64,000 nt of DNA from assembly GCA_000002435.2 (NCBI GenBank), contig CM018793.1. One strand, 5' to 3'. Positions 54,701 to 64,000 of this stretch are shown here, piece after piece. A model generated the notes under the pieces. It saw only the letters and a list, made by a program, of their open reading frames with translations. It was not told where the DNA came from and did no database searches. Source of the DNA: Giardia intestinalis. Taxonomy: Eukaryota. The position numbers were made by a program, and so were the translations under genes. Positions within the stretch are counted from its first letter, which is position 1. Every line of letters starts with the position of its first letter.

Positions 54701-56841
54701 GCAAGGACCAGGAGGTACCGGTGATCTGCGGGGGCTCCGGCAGGTGCGGGCCGAGCGGCTGCATCTGCAACCTGGGAACGAAGCTGTTTGGCAACGCCTG
54801 CGTCGGGATCAACTGCTTCATCAACGCCACGAATGACAGTGGAGGGGTTGCCGAGTCGGTGTGCGGGAGCGAGGCCGTCGGGGTGTGCACGAAGATAGCG
54901 TCCCACGGCGACCGTCGAGATTACGCCTGCAAATGCGTGACGTCTCCCCCCGAGGGATACGAGGAGGTCGACGGGTTCTGCCTGCCAAAGTCCTGCGTAT
55001 TCGCGGTTGGGACCCTCGACGGTCAGGACGCGAAGACGATGTGCGGCGGAAGCCACTTCGGGACCTGCGTGATCAGCACCAACCAGCAGACGAGCTCCTA
55101 CTGCAGCTGCAAGAGCAGGCCCGACGTCGTTCAGCTCACGTCGGGGCAGTGCATGAAGCGGGACTGCGTCAGCGACGCCCTGCCCGGGAGCGCGTACCAG
55201 AGCATCGAGTGCTACGGCCACGGAAAGTGCAGGACGGGCGACGGCGTCACCTACGCGTGCAAGTGCGAGGAGGGATACAAGACGGTCAGGGGCGTGATCG
55301 GGACCTACCTCTGCATCCCGCAGGCATGCGTCGTCTCGGAGACAGACACGGCCGCGGTCTGCAGCGGGCGGGGGACCTGCTCGGTGGACGAGAAGACATG
55401 CAAGTGCGGCACGGAGTATGCTGGCGAGAGGTGCGAGACCTGCGCGGCCGGCTACAAGGAGCACACGAACAGGCGGTGCTACCGCAGCAGCTGCCCGGAG
55501 GACGGGAATTGCGGCGTAGAGGACGGCGCCAGCCTGGGCAGCTGCCAGTTCGGCGGCAGTAGCTTCAGCTGCATCTGCGTCAACTCGAGCTTCGTCACCG
55601 ACAGCGCCACCGGGACGTGCAGAAGGTCCAGGTGCGTCTGGGTGGACCCGTACGACCACGCGGAGAAGACGTGCTACGGCATGGGCTGGTGCAGCTACAG
55701 CGGGGCCACCGAGCAGTGCAGCTGCAACCCCAACACGGTCCCCGTCGGAGCGAGCGTATGTGTCTACGCGGCGTGCATGCCGAGTGGTAGCACCGATGAC
55801 CCCAGTATGATATGCAGGGGGCGCGGGACATGCGTAGAGGGCCCTGTCGCCGGCACGGGACTGTGCAGGTGCGACAGCAGCAGATACCGCACAGACAAGA
55901 AGACCGGCCAGTGCTTTGTCAAAGAATGCTTCGGGGCGCACGAGAGCATCCTGGCCGAGGTCTGCGATGGCGGTGGAACATGCAGTGAAGACACTAAAAA
56001 GTGCAACTGCAACTCCTCCGGCTTCCAGAGCCTCGACGGCCAGAACGGCTGCGTGCACAGCAGCTGCGTCTCGTCGGACAACAAGCTCTGCAGCGGCTTC
56101 GGCGCCTGCGAGAAGACCGGCGACACCTACGGCTGCCTGTGTGCAAGTTACTATACTCTGGTCGACAAAGACTGCATCCCCACAAGGTGTCTCAAGGACG
56201 GGAAGGTCTGCAACGGCGGTGGCACATGCTCCGGCGAGGGATCCTCTGCTACCTGCAGCTGCAGCCAGGGCTGGACCCCCCACGGGACCCTCTGCTACCC
56301 ATCGGCCTGCGTCTCCGGTGGGGCGCTCTGCGGGGGGAATGGCGACTGCCAGCTCTCCGACGGAGGCTCGTGCAGCTGCAGAAGCGGCTACGAGACCGTC
56401 TCCGGGGGGCTCTGCGTCAGCAGCCAGTGCGTCCAGCGCGGCACCGACGGCACCGTGACGATCTGCGGGGGCAACGGCAGGTGCGTGTCTGAGAACGGCG
56501 TGACTCCCAGCTGCGTGTGCAACGAGGGCTTCTCTCTCACAAGCGACTTCGTCTGCGGAGTCCCTGCTCCATCTAAAAAATCGTCTGCCGGCACGACGGC
56601 TGCGATCGTGGTCGTCGTCCTCCTCGTCCTCGTTGCGGTGGCCGGCTTCCTTGTCTGGTGGTTCGTGATACGGCCCAGGAGAGGCGGCCCACTGAGGGAG
56701 CGCGTCCCGCAGAAAGGCTCCAAGTCTTCCAGCTCTTCTAGGTCCAAGCTCAGGCGGCAGGCGGACTCCAGCGTCTCGCTCCACGCCGACGTGCCCCTGC
56801 TGAGCCAGGCGTCCAACGTCAACTCCAGCATCCAGCTCTAG
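51766..56841 (+). CDS. High-cysteine membrane protein (HCMP), full length 1691 aa
   Basis: Signal peptide MLILLCAAACLAEACG. There are hundreds of Cys in EGF-like/CxxC repeats, a C-terminal TM helix and a Ser-rich tail with no CRGKA. The 3' 1.24 kb is identical to CDS 3..1235. Confidence 0.88.
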   Translation: MLILLCAAACLAEACGTGPACVNGDCAYGDGAHFCQCRRGWVGAACDAPRAGFRKITTSGQTPADRAVNYACLVNGTECTGSSKCTYYAGAYSCDPCPAGFVSYEGECLPRGCFNTGDYSDQEATKAPCNGRGRCLLKDPGLAGMDADDYACDCYPIYRGGLCQSCDDANAIAAGSSSSDALPTCNARACQDSDGVVCSGQGTCTLDVGLDRESYHYRCKCNDGYTRVGHKCVRTECVATIDGSPVVCGGFGECTDKDSPGTFKCVCDSNAVPVGQFCTYPACTDSAATEICGGVGACVRNGAGYRCDCRGLATGDLCDTCTPGKSAQVGDKCVPVGCLTSNNQESCKNGGTCVKSDGEYHCRCPDMLIAVSGECTSPACMDEELGKVCSGHGTCKTDDPQDIKCTCSSEYTYVAPGRCILTALMDGDRICSGHGHVSIDTSDPPTMTCRCSSIYEGSKCETCKASVAQEIEGECVPTKCIVAPQPGSRATTPRVCDDHGQYTKFGDPSDPFATCTPKDPDSGTVSAYNGTFLARPGCVHVSKVDRTRRFYCGFLQGLTDNLQEGVVTCNTQNEGSVSVETCNGCPEGFKLVHFGAEEGYRKTCMHDNCYHGTGASRMWYDYCGGTGDCIKEGDTYRCDCGPSATWNEGLKACVTEACKLNKTLAGPEAPEYCAAPSSLALHCTVGRDAAWQCDCPQGDYLTYNRTCILRSKSASPTTHRARGLCGGPGAGFLSGSGSCVCNPGFLKIDDMCYSYDCLPVGVTADTKRLDLSPHVCSGKGVCAYNQLTGRYGCECEAGLEAFGGYCTHPGCAGKVIHNGELKYVECKVYDGSVGSCVQSADGAAYFCACSFPYTSVGGLCVHQRCVVNGEYCGGDALASCVRGSDSLYGCVCSEGYELSEERSEHGNKAKCVPSRCMYRPSAGDPAIECNGLGTCGNGGGGSLLKDKRCECSGGAQLHTLRDASGELRETCILDACISSKDQEVPVICGGSGRCGPSGCICNLGTKLFGNACVGINCFINATNDSGGVAESVCGSEAVGVCTKIASHGDRRDYACKCVTSPPEGYEEVDGFCLPKSCVFAVGTLDGQDAKTMCGGSHFGTCVISTNQQTSSYCSCKSRPDVVQLTSGQCMKRDCVSDALPGSAYQSIECYGHGKCRTGDGVTYACKCEEGYKTVRGVIGTYLCIPQACVVSETDTAAVCSGRGTCSVDEKTCKCGTEYAGERCETCAAGYKEHTNRRCYRSSCPEDGNCGVEDGASLGSCQFGGSSFSCICVNSSFVTDSATGTCRRSRCVWVDPYDHAEKTCYGMGWCSYSGATEQCSCNPNTVPVGASVCVYAACMPSGSTDDPSMICRGRGTCVEGPVAGTGLCRCDSSRYRTDKKTGQCFVKECFGAHESILAEVCDGGGTCSEDTKKCNCNSSGFQSLDGQNGCVHSSCVSSDNKLCSGFGACEKTGDTYGCLCASYYTLVDKDCIPTRCLKDGKVCNGGGTCSGEGSSATCSCSQGWTPHGTLCYPSACVSGGALCGGNGDCQLSDGGSCSCRSGYETVSGGLCVSSQCVQRGTDGTVTICGGNGRCVSENGVTPSCVCNEGFSLTSDFVCGVPAPSKKSSAGTTAAIVVVVLLVLVAVAGFLVWWFVIRPRRGGPLRERVPQKGSKSSSSSRSKLRRQADSSVSLHADVPLLSQASNVNSSIQL

Positions 56842-56903
56842 CCCGCTGCCCGCAAGGTGTCGGTATTGGTAAGTCGACGGCGCGGATCTGCATACGAATG
56901 TAA
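55606..56903. repeat. Segmental duplication, copy B (3' end of the full HCMP gene)
   Basis: Identical to 1..1298. It diverges after gaatgtaaa. Confidence 0.9.
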
Positions 56904-57017
56904 ATTGAAACGTAAGAGACGGGCCGGTATGACAAGCTCAGGCTTCCTTACAACTCCTGCATATGCTACGGATATGCTACCGTCTCTAATCGAGACCCTT
57001 CCTATATCGAAGGCGCA

Positions 57018-57479
57018 ATGGGGAGCATCTATCAGGCGCTCACCACTATGCACAGAACCCCGGTGCACCTGAGGCTTTCTCCAGCCAGCTCTGCAGATCC
57101 TCGGACAAGCATTCTGATCGACATCAGCTCGAGTGACCTAGAGGTTGAGCCTTGCCGGGTGACGCTCACAGAGCCAGCTTTGGAGGTGGGCACGCAGCTT
57201 GTTCCCCGCAAGCAGCTCCTCACAGAAAAGACGCTGAGGCCGTCGCAGTTCAAGGCCCTCGTTTATGCCGTCCTTTCTCCCCTCCTACTGATTCTTGGAT
57301 GTCCGGGAAGCGGGAAGTCGACCTCACTTTCTCTCATTTCAAGGGTCCTGCTGCTTACGAAAGGCGCGTATTCCAAGTGGATAGGGACAAGCCTCGATAT
57401 TACAACAGGGGACGCCGAGTGGAGAGCTTTCAATTTAGCCGGGAGACTAAATTTTGATGCTCATGGATATGGTCGATGA
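57018..57479 (+). pseudogene. Isolated P-loop / SF1-helicase motif-I-like fragment (possible gene relic)
   Basis: The peptide LRPSQFKALVYAVLSPLLLILGCPGSGKSTSLSLI resembles the Q-motif plus Walker A of Upf1/Dna2-like helicases. The ORF stops after 153 aa and no further helicase motifs follow in any frame. Confidence 0.35.
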
Positions 57480-57906
57480 CGTGACCTTTCTTTATAGCAC
57501 TAGCAATAGCCGCAGAGAAAACTGCTGGGAAAAGCAGATATACAGACCACATGTAAATGGGGTTGAGTCCACTCTGGTAATAGACCTTTTGACATTGCCA
57601 AAGAGCTATAAGGGGATAGAGCCATTCTCTCATAGTGACCAGTAAGAGTCTCTATGAACATGTTCTTATACCACAGGATAGGTCACATCAGTAGGAACCT
57701 ATAGCGGTATATGACACAGCGTCATGTTGATGAATGACGGTGTATCCTTGATCAGTAAGGACGAGTAATGAACAGGCCACGTATGATATAGCTATTTCAG
57801 CAGAATGGAGTCTCGATCATGAAGTATTGTTGAGGATTTCCGACTATGTAAACGGTCACGAGCCATTAGCCGTCCTGTTCGTCTCGCCTACCAGCCCAGC
57901 ACGTGC

Positions 57907-59391
57907 ATGCGTGGATATGCGCCACTTGCAGAGCCCCTGCTGGTTGAACTAGACCCTGCACGCCAAAAACTTATGAAATCAATAAGCACTCTCTGTCTCA
58001 GCGACCAGGCGGCGCTCTTCGACTTGCTTTACTCCGACGATGTCAGGAAGCAGGAAGAAGGACTGGCAATGGTGAACGTCATTCGTCTGAGGGGCGCTGT
58101 GGAGGTGGGATTGGACGGAACGGCAGCCCTGGTTGCGGCCCGGCTTTCCGACAACGAGGCCGCCGACGAGCACGCCCTGCAGTCTAGCTATTCTGTGGCG
58201 CTAATCCGGACCGTCAACGGGCTAACAGACCGCCAGCAGGTCGGCAACTATATGACCTCCATGAAGACCCTCGCGGGGCGCATCAGCCTTCCATACGCAC
58301 TCATCGATGTCCGCCACGAGGCGACGCACCAACAGCTCCCGCCTCTTCCGGCGCTGCGGCAGAGCGCGGCGCTCCTGCTTCACTGGCTGCGCCACAACTA
58401 CTGGGAGCCGCTTCTGAACGAAACGCACGAGAACACCGTGAGCAGGTGCGTCCAAGAGCTGCAAGGGTTTTTCGTGTCTCCGAACCAGCTCCATCCTTCT
58501 GAGTTTGTGGACAGGCTCATCGCTGCAAATTGCCTGACGGGCCTTCCTGGTGCCGTGGTCCGCGTCATATACAGGAACAGGCTCAGCCCGGCCGACGTTT
58601 TTGGGGAGTCAGGGAATCGCACGGAGTTCAGACGGTTTCTGGTCGGGGCCATAGAAGGAGGCCTTGCCGAGAGCTTTCGGAGCAGCATCGTCTCCCCGCT
58701 CTTTGCACGACTGTTTTCTGATGCGGTGCTATCACACTACTGCATCGTCAACATGGTGATGCACCAGTCGGGCAAGCTCACAAATCCGCAGCAGTTCGAC
58801 CTTTGCATCAGGTGGCTGTACGCCATTCTGGATCACATCAGGGCGGAGCCAGACAAGAGCGTGGAGCAGCTGCATCTGAAAGCAATCCAGAAGGCCCTGC
58901 TGGCTGTCCTGGCAAACGCAGCCCCTCCGTTCCTTCTTTCCTTGGAGCAGGCATACAAAAAGGAGGGCACGCAGTTTACTCGACTGGACACTAGCGCAGA
59001 GTTCACCCTGGATGACGTGATTTCGCTAACGGAGCCCGTGGCCTCTACGTCGACCGTCCCGGGCACAGCGCAGGTGTCCATCAGCGACACGCCGTCCGGC
59101 TGCTTAGTGCAGTTTCTGGTGGACGTTCTGCACAAGTATCATCTGAAGCTGACGGGGCTGCAGATACTGCTGGGGGTCCAATCCAGCGACGCAAGCGTCA
59201 TCATCCACCGCTCCCCAGCAAACGAGCTCATTCCCATAGGCGTCACAAGTCTGCTGGGCTCGATGTGGACAGACGACTCCCGCCTCCGTCGCTACTACTA
59301 TGGGGGTCTGGATGCAGATGCCCCCGTCCTCCACAGGGATGGAGACGCGCCGTTGGAGGCGAAGCTCACCGAGCCTCCCCTTAAGAAATAG
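57907..59391 (+). CDS. LAS1: LAS1-family endoribonuclease (pre-rRNA ITS2 processing)
   Basis: Las1 N-domain with the HEPN RHExTH motif: ISLPYALIDVRHEATHQQLPPLPALRQSAALLLHWLRHNYW. Upstream are the family residues AVEVGLDGTAALVAARLSD and YSVALIRTVNGLTD. Confidence 0.75.
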   Translation: MRGYAPLAEPLLVELDPARQKLMKSISTLCLSDQAALFDLLYSDDVRKQEEGLAMVNVIRLRGAVEVGLDGTAALVAARLSDNEAADEHALQSSYSVALIRTVNGLTDRQQVGNYMTSMKTLAGRISLPYALIDVRHEATHQQLPPLPALRQSAALLLHWLRHNYWEPLLNETHENTVSRCVQELQGFFVSPNQLHPSEFVDRLIAANCLTGLPGAVVRVIYRNRLSPADVFGESGNRTEFRRFLVGAIEGGLAESFRSSIVSPLFARLFSDAVLSHYCIVNMVMHQSGKLTNPQQFDLCIRWLYAILDHIRAEPDKSVEQLHLKAIQKALLAVLANAAPPFLLSLEQAYKKEGTQFTRLDTSAEFTLDDVISLTEPVASTSTVPGTAQVSISDTPSGCLVQFLVDVLHKYHLKLTGLQILLGVQSSDASVIIHRSPANELIPIGVTSLLGSMWTDDSRLRRYYYGGLDADAPVLHRDGDAPLEAKLTEPPLKK

Positions 59392-59409
59392 GACTGCATT
59401 TACTGCTCC

Positions 59410-60468
59410 CTAATCCTTCTGCTGGAACAGCGCCACACCAAGGCGTATCCACTTGTTCACATGCTCGTTGCTTGGCAGAAGAACGTCCAATATGTAGTTG
59501 CTACTGTGCCCGGTGGTCGTCAGAACTCCCCGGCGGAGGCTTGTACGGTAGACTGGGCATGGGTAACGATTGCTGACTTCAAGGTCTGTATTTCTGGTTG
59601 GGATTAGCACGATGTTCGGCATCTCCTCGAAGAGGACATTTGGACGAGCATCGGCGAGACCCGCTTCGGACCAGGAGGCGCACTGGAGAAAGAGCCCGGA
59701 TATTGTCATGGCATGCTCCAGTTCCACGGGCTCGCTGGTTACCTGGAAGTCGAAGACCAGCTCGTCGATTGCTATCTTAGCACGCCTGGCGTAGTTTTGT
59801 AGAATGCCCGTCAGAAATGCCTGCGGATAGCTGAAGCCGGAGAACCAGACAACCTTGGGAACCCCTTCTATGGTCCAGCTTCTGATAAAGCTCACGCGCT
59901 CCTGCAGATCCACAATCTACCGCGACAAGGGTATGACCGATGGCCACGCGGTCGCCTCCCAGACGCTCGGCACCTGGTTCAGCTGCATCGCGTCCAGGAC
60001 TCCCTCTGTCTCCTTCGTCATGATAATGAGCCCCTTGATCACCCGCTCTGCGTTGACCAGGGTGCTCCTCATTATCCGCAGCAGCTTGTTATAGCGAGCG
60101 CACTCCTGCACAAGGACTGTGTTCATGGACTGGTAGTAGTTGGTGGGGTACTTCTCGTTCACCGCCTCCTCGTCAAACAGGGCCGGCAGACCGTTAAGGA
60201 TGGCGTTGATCTGTGCCAGCTCGCCTCCAGTGGAGCAGCTGGGCGAACGCGTGGCAGATCCGCCTTCTGAGTGGCTGTGCATCTTCAGCATAATGTCAGA
60301 AAGCTCCTTTCCGGAGTTTTGCGCCAGAAAGATGGTAGCGTTGCTGTCTAGCCCGTATATTTCGGGCAGGTCGTTATCTGGCCACTTTTCTGTGACGTGC
60401 TCGATAATGTTCTCGCGGGTGATCGACAGATGGGAGGGGAATCCGTATGTGTTGTTGACATATGATTA
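59410..60468 (-). pseudogene. Dynein heavy chain C-terminal domain relic (about 350 codons) with an in-frame TAG
   Basis: The minus-strand translation reads YGLDSNATIFLAQN...YYQSMNTVLVQECARYNKLL...NQVPSVWEATAWPS...PLSR*IVDLQERVSFIRSW...VVWFSGFSYPQAFLTGILQNYARR...GLFLQCASWS...RYPCPVYRTSLRRGVLTTTGHSSNYI. These are DHC C-terminal signatures. The frame is closed upstream at 60466-60468 and a TAG sits at 59917-59919. The about 4000 upstream codons are absent. Confidence 0.7.
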
Positions 60469-60623
60469 AAGCACGCCCTAAGTATCAATATAACTGTAAC
60501 GCATCTACCACTTCCTTATAAGTGAGCAAATGCAGCAACCTGTCTACTCACCAAGATCAGTTGATTCTCCTATAAACACGCCCTTGGTTTAAAATAAATT
60601 TACTGTGTGCATCGAAGATTGGG

Positions 60624-61550
60624 ATGGAGCAGTTCTTGGAGCCACCTAAGGAGTTCAAGAAGCCCGAAAAATGCATACTTAACCAGCGCTACAACATGGA
60701 TCATTTCAGACACAGCGCCGTCTACGTTCTGATCACACGGTTTATTGCGCTGGTTAGCGATAGTATTCAAGGCCTTCCATTCGGCAACGCTCCCGACCCC
60801 AGTGAGAACTGCAAAAAGCTGCTAGCCATCCTTGAGAAGGCACACCAGATGTTTAAGGACACTCCCCCTGTTTCTCGTGATGTCCGTTATGGTAACCCGT
60901 CGTTTAGAACTTTTGTTCAGAAGCTTCGTGAGAGCTGTACTGCGTGGCACCAGGAGATCCTGCCAGCGCAATACCAAGAAGCAACCATAGAACTAGATGC
61001 CTACTTCTTGGACATGTTTGGTAGTGAGAAGCGTCTCGACTATGGAACAGGCCACGAGCTGAACTTTGTCTGCTGGGCCTTCTCGTTTATTCGCCTCTCC
61101 ATTTTGTCTGAGCGCGACGATTTCATCAACATTGGCCTGCGTCTATTTCCTGCATATCTACAGCTAGCCCAAGACATCCAGAACATCTACACACTTGAGC
61201 CGGCAGGCTCTCATGGAGCATGGTCAATGGATGACTACAACATGCTCCCCTTTGTCTGGGGAAGCTCGCAACTTATCAACAGGAGATTAAAGCCAACAGA
61301 TATATTCTTCCCAGAAAAGCTCACCGAGCATAAGGACAATCTGTACATTATGATGATACAAAATATAACGACCGTGAAAACGGGAGACCTGCGAATAACG
61401 TCTCCTTTTCTCTCTGAAATCCACCTGCAGCAAGATACCACCTGGAGCCGAATACACACAGGCATGATGAAGCATTACCAGAACGAGGTTCTTTGCAAAT
61501 GGCCCATAATGCAGCACTTTTGGTTCGGAAACATTATACCATTCAAGTGA
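60624..61550 (+). CDS. PTPA: PP2A phosphatase activator (phosphotyrosyl phosphatase activator, PTPA/RRD family)
   Basis: RLDYGTGHELNFVCWAF, GSHGAWSMDDYNMLPFVWGSSQL, NEVLCKWPIMQHFWFGN. Confidence 0.85.
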   Translation: MEQFLEPPKEFKKPEKCILNQRYNMDHFRHSAVYVLITRFIALVSDSIQGLPFGNAPDPSENCKKLLAILEKAHQMFKDTPPVSRDVRYGNPSFRTFVQKLRESCTAWHQEILPAQYQEATIELDAYFLDMFGSEKRLDYGTGHELNFVCWAFSFIRLSILSERDDFINIGLRLFPAYLQLAQDIQNIYTLEPAGSHGAWSMDDYNMLPFVWGSSQLINRRLKPTDIFFPEKLTEHKDNLYIMMIQNITTVKTGDLRITSPFLSEIHLQQDTTWSRIHTGMMKHYQNEVLCKWPIMQHFWFGNIIPFK

Positions 61551-61562
61551 ACCCCAAACCTT

Positions 61563-61569
61563 AGTAAAC
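61563..61569 (+). terminator. Putative polyadenylation signal AGTAAAC, 13 nt after the PTPA stop
   Basis: Exact motif. Confidence 0.55.
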
Positions 61570-61629
61570 CTGGCAAGGCTCGTAGGGACCCCAAACGCAA
61601 CAGTCAGTCGACACATGCTTGTCCTGGGT

Positions 61630-64000
<2,371 letters not shown>

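Noticed and set aside
53026-56784. A 1252-aa ORF antisense to the HCMP gene (and the similar long antisense or out-of-frame ORFs 52202..52753, 54861..55562, 310..852, 782..1225, 19978..20454, 11647..12036).
   Set aside because: These are GC-rich, codon-biased Cys-repeat genes with few stop codons in alternative frames. Their translations are Ala/Arg/Pro-rich low complexity with no start context. I treat them as frame artefacts, not genes.

Overview
This window is eukaryotic, and almost certainly Giardia intestinalis (lamblia). The evidence is: one ORF (10624..12534) is a textbook variant-specific surface protein (signal peptide, dozens of CXXC motifs, GGCY motif, C-terminal TM helix ending in the invariant CRGKA); two further high-cysteine membrane proteins (HCMPs); several NEK-kinase and ankyrin ('protein 21.1'-like) genes; intron-less genes with very short AT-rich intergenic spacers (11-80 bp); and AGTAAAC polyadenylation motifs 15-30 nt after stop codons. 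I found no prokaryotic defence system.

The window has two parts.

(i) 1..~23.3 kb is a variable, gene-poor region. It holds a truncated HCMP copy, about 9.3 kb with no credible ORF, one intact VSP, a GC-rich inverted-repeat structure, a frameshifted NEK-kinase/ankyrin pseudogene, an intact HCMP and an ankyrin pseudogene.

(ii) ~23.6..64 kb is a tightly packed core block: PUS7/TruD pseudouridine synthase; a MAK/ICK (LF4-like) CMGC kinase; NAT10/Kre33 RNA acetyltransferase; a cytosolic carboxypeptidase (tubulin deglutamylase) immediately followed by a TTLL tubulin polyglutamylase; a RING-ankyrin protein; tRNA-Trp(CCA); a CCDC39-like axonemal coiled-coil protein; an MFS transporter; a NEK kinase; a full 1691-aa HCMP; LAS1; a dynein-heavy-chain C-terminal relic; PTPA; and a UBC E2.

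The first 1298 bp of the window are 100% identical to the 3' end of the full HCMP gene 55.6 kb away, which points to segmental duplication, gene conversion, or an assembly artefact. All functional calls rest on remembered family motifs read from the translations. No database search was possible.
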